A stretch of 64,000 bases of DNA, from the NCBI GenBank assembly GCA_965637545.1, contig OZ281499.1, positions 6,076,001 to 6,140,000 of the forward strand, in the 5' to 3' direction. Position 1 is the stretch's first letter, and each line of letters begins with the position of its first letter. Below the pieces are notes generated by a model, which saw nothing but the letters and a program-made list of their open reading frames with translations, had not been told where the DNA came from and did no database searches. The DNA comes from Phallusia mammillata (lineage: Eukaryota). Shown here piece after piece: positions 37,438 to 50,167 of this stretch. The position numbers and the translations under genes were made by a program.

Positions 37438-40400
37438 TACTAGTTCTTCAGACGTTTCAGTCTGTTTCGTGTTTGTTGTGTTAAACTCACGCCAGAAGGA
37501 CGTGCTTACTAGAAGGTGCTTTAGGTTCACATAAAATATTTTTATTTAACGAGCTTGTTACAAAACATTCATATATTCCACATATATATATATTTTAGTA
37601 TCGTTTATATTTATCCGAATTGTTTTGGTATTTGGTCTGTTTCTCCCTAGTAATACAAAATTAATAGTTCCCTAAAATGATGACTTGAAAAGCATAATTC
37701 GTTTCATGAAAATGAGCAACGAATATAATTCTGTTAATTTGTAAGAGGACTTGATGTCGCATATGGCTATCTCCAATATTTTGTGGCATAAAACATATGA
37801 TGTTTAGCGACATATAGCGGAGAACAGTTTTACACTTGTATACCGGTAAGTCAATGTCCAATTACTCTTTTCATGTTTTTTTTTGTATAAAAGGATAAAC
37901 CTAGCTGTTCGTTTTATGTAATGTATCCATTAGTCACAAAGACACTACAATTACCCAGTATTGCGCTGTTTTAAGATTTATCAACAATGAACGCCACTCA
38001 CCATTTGGTTTTCTCATAGGTCGAAACACTTTATCTTTTCACAGATTTACAACAAGCAATTCAATATGTGAACAACACAACACGTGAAAGGGAAGATGAC
38101 ATCATTTTTTCCACAGATTATGGACGTTTATGACATCACAGTCGAAGATTGTGGAGCAACTGGTAAACGGCGGCAAATACATAAATACTTCACCAATTTC
38201 TATGTTAAGCATTGTACTACCATCTTAAATTTAAGTACAAACATTTATCGTAAATATTTTTTTAATTTTATTTTAAATGTAAAGGCCACTTTGATATACT
38301 TGCTGCTTGTGCATAAAACCGAAACTTATAGGCAGGTTATCCCATTTTTTTGTTAAGTTACCCTGCGTTATACACTTTTTTTAAATTTCACCTGCATTAT
38401 AACAAATCTTGTAAAAATCCAACATTGATAACCAATAAGCGGCAGTGACCAAAGAAAGCAAGACATGTTTCGGTATCAAAACGATCAATTTACACAAAAC
38501 TGTTTAAATGTATATGCAATCAATCAATCAATCATTCAATTTTATTTTGTTTACAGCGCCCATAAGTATTCACAGTAATTCACAATAAACGGGACAAGTC
38601 AAAGCGTTGCCACACGTGGTTATAACTTGTAGCTGACCCCAATATGCAAGTTTATATGTTCGGGCAAAAAGTGTCTTAGCTGCAAAATTATTGCTTTTGT
38701 TAGTTGGTAATACACAGCTAAAAGCAATTTTCAACCTACATGTAAGAGGAATTTCATTGCCTACTTCGCAGCCAACATATGCCTCCAAAATTAACGTATT
38801 GTCAATCGCAAATTCAATGATTTAGCGGCTAAATTTTTTGCCCATAACTTTCGATAGATGTCGCCATCGCTTTGGTTGGTTTGACTTTTATGGCCGATTT
38901 GCAACATGTATGAATAATTGGTTGAATATCATCGGACAATAGTACTTGAATTTTTAAGTTTAGAGTTGAACCAACATTAACAAACTATAACATAATTCTC
39001 GGAGCACTTTGCAGGCTAAACAAACAAACAAATAATGCGTTTTAAAACATTAAACGTCATCAGAAACTACTAGTGACCCCTGGACTTTTATTTAAGGGCC
39101 ACTGCTTTAGCGAAACACTACTGTGCCGTGGCACACTGTTATGCATTGTAAACTATCCACAAATTTTTCAAGTCGACGAGATGCAACCCCCAAAAAGTAA
39201 AACAAGCACACGCTTTACAAAATAAGCAACCAAAAACATTCAGCCAAGTTCCTGTCCACTTTAACTTTATTTTCAATTACGAATTTTGTTTATTGCTTAG
39301 CTACTACATCACCTAGCGGCCATGTCTTCGCTCAGAGCTATCAGTATAGTATACTTATTATAACATTCAATATAAACTCCAGATGAGTAAAAAATGGAGC
39401 TGTTTGTTTGCATCACATCCAAGTTTCAATCTACCATGTCGCGTGATAACTTTGAACGAGTTTAAAATTCAACTTGGTGTGTTATCATCAATGCATCGTG
39501 TTTTTGCACCAACAGTTCTAGTACTTTGCAATAGGATGTGCACAGGACATAGCTGCACACCAAACGAACTCAAATGCCCCCGGAAACACGTGATGTTAAA
39601 CTGATTCAGAGGATATACGACACATGTTACAAACCGCACATGCTGTCAAAACACATATGATGAGGGTGTAAACAGGGGTGTATTGTTGAAAGGTTTTGTT
39701 ACGGCAAAAAAGCTTAAAATACGGGCATGTGTTTGACTTTCCACGACGTAAATAGACAGTGTTTTGGTTGATTAGGTTAAGCTGAAATAAAAATTGCACT
39801 CAACGGGTAACTGCAGATGTCAATGCGTTTAGAATGGATTGCACATGTAACATTGCACAGAAATACACAAGAATGGCTTGTACAGGTTATTTGTTTTTTG
39901 CTTTGCTCAACTTTTTGTGAAAGAATGGTTATGCAAACATAAAAACTATAGTTTTGAGTAGCTAACGTGTCTCAAAGAGATTTAACCGAAACTGAATATT
40001 CGACCACTATGCCAAAACAATTAGGGCGATCTCGCCAAATTGCGCAGAATCACAGGTTGCCACTGCTTCAAGTAAACTCGCATACAAAGGTTTGAGAGAA
40101 GTCATTATAGTTCACAACATTTATTATTCTATTATCAAAATAATGTCTTACGTTGCCAGCACTTTATCGATACAAGGAAGAGTTAACCAACTTTATTTTC
40201 TTTGATCAATTGCTAAACGTTTAGTTAAGCACTGTTTTCACAATGCAAGTTATGGGCTTCAACCGAAATTTACAGATTGCTTAGGCTGAAACCTACAAAT
40301 TGCCAAAATACGTATTTATTTTAAGTGTATCCACTTGGACGTGGACATTCATTCAAATATATCACCCTGTCTGTTTGATTTAAGTGTGATAGCAATATTA

Positions 40401-41740
40401 CGTGCAGTTTGCGTTTGCGAAACCAACAGACAAAATGAAAAGATCACGTGTTTCAACCGTGACGCGCCATTCAGTAAAGCGCTTGGATAGTGTTGAAAAC
40501 TTTTTTGCCTTTTATGGAAACATGGGAATGTCGCAATTTGCGTTGGCCTAAGACTTACCTAGGGTGTCCTCTAATCGCTCTCAGGCGCTATAGAAATCAC
40601 GATACAATGACAATGAATAAACAATCTATTTTAGCGTAGACTAGTTTCGCTCGAGGCGTTTAGTTGAGTAATAATTATTGGGCAACGCGTCATGTTTCGC
40701 CTCAGATGTGAAACGATTTTAATAGCGATTTTGTACGGTCTCTCCATTGTTAAAGGCCTACATACACATTCCAAATGAGTTTTTCGCTTTGGATTTCCAT
40801 GATGCATGCTTTCGTTTAGGTTAGCAGTCTGAAAGCAATTCTCCATTATAGCAACTAGTTTTGGGGCATTGTGACTGAAGTCACGTTCCGTGCAGGAACT
40901 GCGAAAATTGTGTGTTACGTCAAAGAGCAGTGTTTTTGAAAATCGGCAAGTCTTTGTTGCCATATATGAACTCAAAGGTGTTTCGTAATTTGCGTCAACC
41001 AAAGAGTTACTTCGAGTCTTATCCAAGTACAGAGAATTTAACGAACACAAAATCCCAACAGAGGGCAAATGTGGGCCATTTCCTATGATGGACTTTTCTT
41101 TTTTAAGATCGGGTGATGTTTACGCAATAATCGTATGATAAACGCGTCACCTTGACGTTGAACGTCTGCCGTTCCAGTCAGACTGAATTTAGCGTTTACC
41201 AGTGACCGACTTGTGAAGGAAAGCCCGAGCGTTCCAATAGACCCTGCCTTGCCTGTGACGTCGACCACGGTGGCGCGACGTTATTCAATACATGGGGAAA
41301 TGACGACATGCGTAGGCCGGTTGGTCCTCTGCCTTTGTTTGTTGTTGGTATTTTTTGATGCAGTTTCGGTTAAAGTCGCCAATTAGTAAGTGAATTTATC
41401 ACAGTTGTGTTGGCTGCGTGGGTGAATACTGCGATCAAGAAGGTATAAATTGCCCTTCAGTGTAGGCGGTCGCGGTTTCGTGTCTTTGATCAAGTTAATT
41501 GCGTTTACAGCAACAACGTTTCATCTGCAACATTTGTTGCCAGTCATTGGTGTGACAAGGAAGAGTTTGAAAAGCTTCTGAGGCCTATCCTTTAGGACAG
41601 CAGTAAACAGTTATCAGGAAGATATCAGTTTCAGTCATAAGCATGAATGTTATATGGAGGAGAAACAAAGGCTCTGTAGTTCATTGATTAATTACAGTTT
41701 TTATGCCCTTGTTCAAAACTGCACATTGTATACAGTAGAA

Positions 41741-41902
41741 ACAATCGTGTTAAGAACTACCAAGCATTCAAGAAAACACGAGGACGTGGAAACCAGAGTC
41801 CTTTTGGCATACTTTTGGAGTTACAATCGTGTTACAAACTACCAAGCATTTAACAACACGGGGACATGGAAACCAGAGTCCTTTTGGCATACTTTTGGAG
41901 TT
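41741..41902. repeat. Two-copy tandem duplication (82 and 80 bp)
   Basis: acaatcgtgtta...ggaaaccagagtccttttggcatacttttggagtt repeated at 41741 and 41823 with a few differences. Confidence 0.9.
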
Positions 41903-43139
41903 CCAATGCTTCCGGCTTATCGTTAGAGTCACAGTCAAGCAAAGCGCTTGCAACTCTAGGCAGCTGTAGCGCATTTTTTTCTTTAGGTTCTTGTTCGTGT
42001 ACAAAGCCGTATAGTGAGGCATTCAGGATGTCACAGTTTGCTTACAGTGCTTGTGTTGTGTTGTTGTGGATGATATAGGTTGCTTTAAAAAATTATTGTG
42101 CTGGTAATTGTGTTTAGTTAAGTTTTGTTTGCCAATGCTTACATGTTTGTTTACATATTGTAATAGGCAGTTAATTTTTACCTTAATTTGCAAAATTTGA
42201 TGTATTTTTAGGATTTATAATGCAATTTTTTTTTATTCTTAGCAAAGGAAGAGCTATTTTGCAAGTTGCTGGTTTTCAGCCTTGCCAGCCAAACTCTTGT
42301 GTTAAAGTTAAACGAAGCATTGACTCATAGCACAAGCGCATTGGCTAATTCCCCTATCCCAAAGTAAATTATGCATTTCTGAAAATTGCCTAGTTAGCCC
42401 CGTATAAGGTGACGACCAATAAAATTGACATCAGTAATTGTTGATCAGGGCCGTCGTCGTTTTGTTAATTTTGACGCGTTTTGATTGTTAAATTTGTCAG
42501 AGACATTTCCTGATGGGTGGTTTACTGAGCTATGTATAACATTTGTTGCTAAGCGTTCATTTCAAAATTTCGCTGTTGTAACTGAACGTATGGTTCGTGT
42601 GTTGCAATTAGAAGTGCTCTTGGTGGTAATATAGCAAAATTATATTTTAGACCAAAAAAATGCAGTTTTCAAAAATACTGTTGTGATATATTTAATTGAG
42701 TAATTGTCAGTAATTAATTATTTGTTGTCACATAAGAGCTTACATTTGTTAATCTACTTGTAGTTCAGATTCAAAACCAACACATGTTACGTAGTGGAAA
42801 TTATGAATACGTAACTTTGTGAGTCTGCGGTTCATCATACGGGATATGATTTGTTTTCACTGACTGTTTTTTTGCAGAGGCGTGTTAAACAGTCTTTTAA
42901 AACACTATTTTCTATCAGACTAATAAGTTCAGCGTCAGAAATAAAACGAGGGCTTTTTTGCGGAAAACTTACTGTTGTTTCACAACTTTAACACATTTTT
43001 ATTGATCCAGATGCAAAAATTCAAAACGAAATAGATTTACATTTTAGGTTACAGAATTTGTTATCTGTAATTTGACCCTTCCATATTGTGTCATAATTTT
43101 TAACACCAAAACTTGAAAACTACTTATCAAATTGCCAAG

Positions 43140-43546
43140 ATGGACGAACATGCAAAAAGAAAGGAGGACATATACTGGAAGGCATTTGTGGGTTTCGTTT
43201 CGCCACAAAAACGCGTGGATACACCTGTGTATCGTCAGCGCAGCTTTGAATACATGGAACTGTCCGACAAGGCCTGCAAACAATCACTGGATTCCAATTC
43301 ACAAGACGATTGTGTTCCCAATTATGACTCAATAAATGCGAAAAACAGCACTGAGGAAATCGTTAAAGACAAATCCGAACAAAGATGTTTGATACAGACT
43401 GTTACGTCACTGATAGGCAATTGTGACCTCAATACAAGCCCAGAGGAGGACAATCAAATTTCTAAAAACAACAACAATAGCCTGGATTTTAGGGAGGAAC
43501 AATGCACTTTCGAATGCCAAAATAAGACAACGTTTTGTGAAACAAA
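43140..43546 (+). CDS. Gene X (uncharacterised, 533 aa), proximal first coding exon
   Basis: ATG in aagATGg context, MDEHAKRKEDIYWKAF...; donor aa|gtaggt, phase 2. The ten exons sum to 1602 nt = 534 codons with no internal stop. Possible upstream non-coding exon with donor gtaagt at 41386 and acceptor at 43047. Confidence 0.75.
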
Positions 43547-43828
43547 GTAGGTATACAATGGTAACTTTCGAGGGACCCGTAGAGCCAACGTTATGTGGTC
43601 TGGCATAACCAAACAATATTATCACCCATAGTGGGAAGTACATTAACCTTGTCTTAGTTTAAATCAGACTTACAAGTATACAAATTTTTTTTTAAAATTG
43701 CATGTAAAAAACATATGTTTTAAAGGCCATACTGTAAAAAATGCCCGTTTTTAACTAATTCGTAGTGAATAACAAATGTAATGAATGATGTGATACTGCT
43801 TCCTTACATGGTTGCTTTGTTTTGTTAG

Positions 43829-43956
43829 GCGTGAAAGTCGTATACTATCAACTTCATCTGTTGAATCAACGGAAAATGAAAATGAACATAACGAAGATTT
43901 AACTGAGACATTTACCAAACACAAAGAAAACTTGCAAACCGACAAAAATTCCAACG
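43829..43956 (+). CDS. Gene X coding exon 2 (RESRILSTSSVESTENENEH...)
   Basis: ttttgttag|...|gttagt, phase 2-1, open. Confidence 0.8.
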
Positions 43957-45384
43957 GTTAGTACACTTTTGGATATGAATTAGTATTCGATTTTTTGTTA
44001 GTAATTTTAGAATTGACAATTGAGACAGAAACCATTTTTTTGAGACAGAACAGAAGTCAGCCTCGAATTAAATCAGTTTTATTTAAGCCCGAACCCGACT
44101 CAAACCCGACCCATACAACTCTGTACCACGTTGTTGGTCCTTTTGGTTCTAACTCTATACAGTTTTGACCATATTGCTATTTCCGTCATTGCTTGTAAAA
44201 AATTTAAAAGTTTGAAATTTATCGTAACTTTAAGAATGTTAACTTTTAACTTGACTCGGTTCTGGTTTAGTCAATTTAATATTGAAATTGCCACTTGAAC
44301 ATGTGAGTTGATCCGGGTAAACGCTGTTGATTAATTAAATGACATCAACCCTGGTGCAGCACTGACGTCAATGTGATTAATAACGGTTGCTGTTTTGATG
44401 AAACTGAATTGACTTTATGCGAGCGTGCCAGAAATGTGACTGGATTTTATTCTACATTTATAAATCCTTTAGTGTAAACATAACTATTTTTTGTATCATA
44501 TGAAATACAAAACGCCCCGTATCATATATGTTGTTTAAATCCGCCTCAAACGTTGGCTGTACATAAAAACACAGGCCATTGGCGTTGTAAACTTGCTATG
44601 GATATTCTCGTGTGAGTATAGGAAGGGACCTCAATTGAAATCCGAATCACATGTTCTACTTTGATCTTTGCATGTTTCCCGACAGTTTCCGAAGCGGATG
44701 TTTTTACCAGAGACCGTGTGCTATATTTCACTGCGCTGCATAGCCACTATTTTAGTTGAATGGTACCGGTGTTCATTATATATATAGGACCTTGCGGTAC
44801 GATGACATTTGGCATTAAGAAATGTGTAGTGAACGTTTTATTTACTCATTTACCGAACGTTTATGTGTTTTTGTTTACGATATAATGCATATCAAGTTGG
44901 CACTATACATTTGTATTTTCTATTTCAGTCCCAAACGATCATCACGTTTGCCATCCATTAAATATTTAATCTCCTTAAAAGCGTTTAAACATCTTGGCTT
45001 GAATTAAAGCCTCGTTTTACATCTAGCTGTATTTATCCCAAAAAAGGACAAAAAATATTCTTGTTAATGACAATTATAAGTTCAAACTTGAATGCCTAAT
45101 GCTAAATACGGTTATCCTAATACCGGCATGCATTTCTCAGTCCTAAAAGTGTTGTTTGTAATCAGGTACATAGAAAATTCTGAAAGTTTTGAATATGAGA
45201 TTCACATGTATGAGTGTTAAATAACAATGAATAAGCTACTTCAAATAACTTACAAGTTTTGTGTCATTACAATTAATATTAAATCATCATGTTGCCTTCA
45301 GCAACTGACTTCTTGATGTCACGTGATTAAAGGTAGCCCTTGCCCCGTAAATCATTTTAATGGAATCTATTCATTCACATTCAG

Positions 45385-45493
45385 ATTTGCTCAGCGACGA
45401 TGAAAAGTCCAAACCAACTGATCCCGTTGCTCCTGCCGAGTTACAGCCTATGAAAGGTGATGAATTGTTTCTGGGAGATGATAGTTTGGAGGG
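45385..45493 (+). CDS. Gene X coding exon 3 (DLLSDDEKSKPTDP...)
   Basis: cacattcag|...|gtaagt, phase 1-2. Confidence 0.85.
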
Positions 45494-46692
45494 GTAAGTT
45501 GTTTTTAGGTTTGTACTAAGTATAAACTCATCAGTGACTAACAATTCAAATAGAATGAATGATAGTAACCTTCACCTCAACTTCTTTACTTTGGGCCAGC
45601 ATCCTTAAATTTACATAATTCACCCCTGCTGTCCTTACAGACAATTTCAAACGCCATAAAATGAAGGGAAATCAAGTGCTGAAATTCACCAATCTATATT
45701 TAGTAGAAAATATGTAAATTTTCCCTATTTTGAAGGACCACATCCACTAAATTTAAACAATATTAGGGGTCCAAATAAATTTACAGTTTAATCCGCAAAT
45801 AAATAATTTTGAGATTTTTATCACAAACTTGCTTCAAAATGTTATAGAAGTGTCGTTTAACCCTGACGAAAAGGGTGACCTTTGTGGAACAAATGTATTG
45901 CCACTCTTGTCAATTCAAAACGCTTTTAATACGCTTGACGTCAACAAAAGTTGGAATTTTGGCAAACGCAATAGTCACGAGTTCGACAAGACATGTTTCG
46001 CAATACAAAAGTCGAAGTACCACACTGGCATTTGTTTTATGTGTTTTCGGTCCCGCCACCCTTAAAATACAATGTTGTCACATTTTTTTTTGCCAGAGTG
46101 AGTGCTGTAGTTGCATTTATGACGTAATATTGGCAATCGTATCAGCCAGTTCCAGAAAACACAAAACGAAGGCGATTTCGTGCTTGCTGTGGTGTCTATT
46201 TTCGGACAGCTTTCTCGAAAAACCGAAAACCACAACCATCTTGGGTCGTACACATGCAAATCGCTTACTGATGACGTTAATTCGGCCTGGGAATCTTGCT
46301 TACGTCACCAAGTCGGAATTGTCATAATAGCTCTGTCTACAATTACAACGAAAACCGAATAGGGTTTATCATTGAATGGAATAAGCCGTAAACGTTGCTT
46401 CAGGATATCTACATTTGATAACAGGAAGTGTTTAATGCGATTTAAATGTCACGTTTTACACATAATGCCAATAAAGCCAAATATATAAAAGAATATGAGA
46501 CATTACTAATCAGCATTATTGCTTCAGCTTTGTTTAACCCATTGTCTACAAAATCTTAAAATAAATTGTTCCGGATTCACAAATAAAAAAGGGGTATTAT
46601 TTACACTGTTTTTTTTTTAATACAAATTATGAATAAAACCTTCTTCAGGGAATATAGTTCTGTCATATATAAACTGTCGCTGCCAGGCATAA

Positions 46693-46758
46693 TATCAAAT
46701 TTATAGAGCTTTTCTGATAATGTAATACAGTTGACAGAAGAGCTCTATAAATTTGATA
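46693..46758. repeat. 66-nt hairpin related to the tail of the Penelope-like family
   Basis: tatcaaatttatagagct (46693-46710) pairs with agctctataaatttgata (46741-46758). 46686-46726 aligns to 60086-60127 with about 7 differences over 41 nt. Confidence 0.75.
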
Positions 46759-46827
46759 GGTCTACCATGTTTAGTATTGTGTTTATTTACGCCATGTAAT
46801 TTATTAAACATGTTGACGTTTTTGTAG

Positions 46828-46968
46828 GTCTGACTTCCCGCAATTTGTTCCAACGCTTTCTGTCATTGCTGAAGAAGACGAAGGCGAGAGTCCCCGGCGG
46901 TCGCTAAGTGTCGCCCCGCAACACCACAGTTCCGCCAACTGCCTGGACGATGAAATACACTTGTCAGA
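46828..46968 (+). CDS. Gene X coding exon 4 (SDFPQFVPTLSVIAEEDEGE...)
   Basis: ttttgtag|...|gtaagc, phase 2-2. Confidence 0.85.
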
Positions 46969-47207
46969 GTAAGCTAATGTAGAGCAAGTCTATTTGTATA
47001 AGCTGTTTCAAATGTCACAAGCAATTTATTTCAAACACTGACACAAAGTAATATGATGTATATGTGTGTTTTTATGAAGGCCTGTTGGCGAGTCCATTGC
47101 CCAAAACTAACTTTAGTATCTAAGATCAACTTACATTTTTTATGTGTAAATTGCTACATATGTTCCCGTAAATCCGCCTTTATGGACATTAAAACGACAA
47201 TTTAGGG

Positions 47208-47423
47208 CAGTGGTTCTCAAACTTTTTTATTGTCGGGGCAAATGGTAGTTTTTTAAGTGTGTAGGGAGCCGCAAAAAAACGAAACCTTGACAAAATCACT
47301 AAAGATTATTACCTTGAAAGCTAAAATATCAATGTTTGGTGGTTTTCTGAGGTCTGGTGCGAGCCGCAAAATAAGTAGTTGGGAGCCGCATGCGGCCCCG
47401 AAAACCGAGTTTGAGAACCACTG
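47208..47423. mobile_element. hAT-type MITE (216 bp)
   Basis: Perfect 16-bp TIRs cagtggttctcaaact / agtttgagaaccactg; 8-bp TSD atttaggg (47200-47207, 47424-47431). Confidence 0.93.
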
Positions 47424-47640
47424 ATTTAGGGGCTTGGATTCCTATTAATCAAGACTTATTAGTCCATTTTGTCGTACAAGTGTCGAAACTATTTTTTGTT
47501 TCATTAAAATATATTTATCTGTAAACTGCCAGTTTAACACACCTAAGGCCACTTCAATGGTTTCAAATTAAACTTACGTTGAATGCTTCCATTTGTGAAT
47601 ACAATTCATGAATTAACTCCACCTTGTACTGGCTCCTCAG

Positions 47641-47776
47641 GAAACACGAATTACCTGGAAACGATGACATAATGTCAGCTCGTTCATTTGGTAGCTTGGT
47701 GCGAAGATCCAGCACACTGGAAAATCTCAGTTTGGAAGAATGCGATGAGATGACGTGGCAAACCCATGATTTTAGG
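47641..47776 (+). CDS. Gene X coding exon 5 (KHELPGNDDIMSARSF...)
   Basis: ctcctcag|...agg|gtaaag, phase 2-0; bridges the phases of exons 4 and 6. Confidence 0.8.
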
Positions 47777-47931
47777 GTAAAGGTCATTTGAATATGTATG
47801 TGTGTTTTCACAAGACGTAGTTTGCATAACGAACAATGGTGTATTAGTAATGCTTGTTCACTATTGCAAAACATTTATGCAAAAACCCTACTGGAAACTA
47901 TAGTAGAGCGTAGTTTTTTTTCTCTTTAGGG

Positions 47932-48267
47932 CAGTGGTTAGTAACATTTTGGGGCTCGTAACCTTTAAGCATACACGTAATTTCTTTGTATCTCTTTTTC
48001 ACAATTATAAATGTTTACTTACAGAAATGAAAAAATGTTATAGTTGACAAAAAACTTTCAATTATGATAACTAATGAATGTATCGAGTGAATGCATATAG
48101 TTACAGGATTTATAACAACAAATTCTTTTCACTTAGCAATATTTTTAACACCTTGACATTCATTCCACACTGAAACTTTACTTTTTTTACAATTAAACCC
48201 AAACAACCATTATTTTACCACTATATTTCATCCTTTAGTACTTCGTACTCCGAGTTAAGAAACCCTG
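47932..48267. mobile_element. Degenerate hAT-like MITE
   Basis: Ends cagtggttagtaac / gttaagaaaccctg match at 10 of 14 positions; imperfect flanks ctttaggg / cttttaag. Confidence 0.35.
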
Positions 48268-48486
48268 CTTTTAAGGTTTTTATGTTGCACAGCTGCGGCT
48301 CGGTGGTGGGTTTAGCGTAATTATACTGGTGTGTTTTCTTTTACTGAGTGAAATAAACTCAACTCATCACATACATAACCACAAAACAACCTGCTAAATG
48401 AACAACGTATTTGCGTTTAAGCTGAAATATTTGCGTTGAGTAGCAACAAAACAACAGTATTAGCAATTTTTTAAATTTAAATTCAG

Positions 48487-48626
48487 GCGCATCTTAAAAG
48501 TCACAAAACTGAAGAAGAATCCAAATCTGTGACTTCATCCCTGGTTGATGAGGATCGGCGACCGAGATGTTCGAGTACTGAGATGCGAGATGTTGAAGTT
48601 GAAGATCAGAAGATAGAAGAATCTTC
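48487..48626 (+). CDS. Gene X coding exon 6 (AHLKSHKTEEESK...)
   Basis: aaattcag|...|gtgagt, phase 0-2. Confidence 0.85.
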
Positions 48627-48889
48627 GTGAGTAACTATAAAAATAATTTTTCGTGCTGAGTTTTTTTCAGAAATGGCGACATACTAAATTTCTATTCACG
48701 CAGTATATCATAAAATCGGTCGAAAGTGACTGTTATGTGTTTTCTTAATGTATTTTTTTTACCTGAAATAACATTGACGTGGATCTGTGAGCCGAAACCT
48801 TGTCTTCTCAATGCCCTTTTTACATGATTCCGATGTCTTAATGATGCTTTTTGTTTTGAACTCTTAACTAATGTGTGATTTAATTATAG

Positions 48890-48985
48890 ACTGTCAAACC
48901 ATTCAAGTCTGGTCGACTCCGCTTACTCCTCACATGAGAAACTAAACACCCTGAGCAGAAGCACGCCAGACCTTCTGTGTGACAG
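48890..48985 (+). CDS. Gene X coding exon 7 (LSNHSSLVDSAYSSHEK...)
   Basis: aattatag|...ag|gtaagc, phase 2-2. Confidence 0.85.
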
Positions 48986-49545
48986 GTAAGCCAATAAAAC
49001 AAACTAATTTATATCTGAGTCTGGACGGTTGTTGACTCTAATCAAGTCCAGAGACCAATTGAGTCATTGTCTGGAACTCGATTGAAATCAGTTGTTTTTT
49101 AGGACTCAACCAATATAAGTAATTTGGATAAATGTTTATACAAAACCGGTTACTTATAATTTAAAAAAAAACTAATAGTGGAAAAATAGGAATATTTTTC
49201 GTTGTATATATTTTAGGTGTCCTGTTCGGAGAAGAGTGTTTTCAACTCAACTGGCTGTTAAAAACGATTTAGCAAAAACGTTTTAGAACTACTGGTTTAA
49301 TTAGTCGTTCATTTTCTTTTGTCGACATTTTGCTTAAAACGAATTCTGGGACCATTGAGCAGTGTTTATATTTCTGCAACTTCTAGGTCCAATAATTTCG
49401 TAATAAGGAGGTAAATCAAGTTTGTAGGTTGATATGACTCATTTTCAGTTCACGCCCTTGACATACGTGACTTGAGTTGGCTCTACGTATTACAACACGG
49501 CAAAATTAACTTGTACGTGATGATGAAAACCACGTGTTGTTTTAG

Positions 49546-49654
49546 CATGGAGGACTTGCAGTACATCCCGATTAGTTACGCAGATACATCGTTGAAGCGC
49601 AAAAAGCGAAGATGGCCAACATTTGGTGTTGGTGACTCACGAGAAAGTCTTCAT
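49546..49654 (+). CDS. Gene X coding exon 8 (MEDLQYIPISYADTSLKRKKRRW...)
   Basis: tgttgttttag|...|gtaagt, phase 2-0. Confidence 0.85.
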
Positions 49655-50047
49655 GTAAGTTGTAATGAATAGTGAACTAACATCCGGATGGTAATCTATT
49701 TTTTGTAAGTTACTGACAAAATTATATATTTGTTTTTTGTAGTAAACATACGCTGCAGAGGTTGAAATTAAAGCAAGATTAGTTTGTAATGTTTCTGAAG
49801 CAATATACATTTCGCTTTTTTTACTTCGAAGCAAACGGATTTAAAATTACAGTACCCATTCTATAATAACGCTTAGCAATTTAAAAATGGGGTTTAAAAT
49901 ATATCTACTTGTACTCTGTTAATTATTAACGACAGCTTATACTTAATTAAACAAAAATTGTGTCGTAGGACAATCAAACACACAAAAATACATGATTATT
50001 TTCATTAGTTTTCTGTGCTGTATAATTAACCCAAATTTTGTTTTCAG

Positions 50048-50167
50048 GCCAAAGTGAGTGGAAGTGGTTCATCTAAGTTTGGAAGTTTACGAAAACGTTT
50101 AACCAGGAAATTAAGCAAACGTGGTCAACGACCGAAACGAGATTCACCCGACTGTGACCGTATCAAG
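50048..50167 (+). CDS. Gene X coding exon 9 (AKVSGSGSSKFGSLRKRLTRKLSKR...)
   Basis: tgttttcag|...aag|gtaaca, phase 0-0. Confidence 0.85.

Noticed and set aside
41741-41902. Repeat-spacer appearance suggesting CRISPR
   Set aside because: Simple two-copy tandem duplication in a eukaryotic intron, with no unique spacers and no cas genes.
5850-45800. Many TAATCC/GGATTA (K50 homeodomain) sites suggesting Pitx autoregulation
   Set aside because: Dozens are expected by chance in 64 kb.
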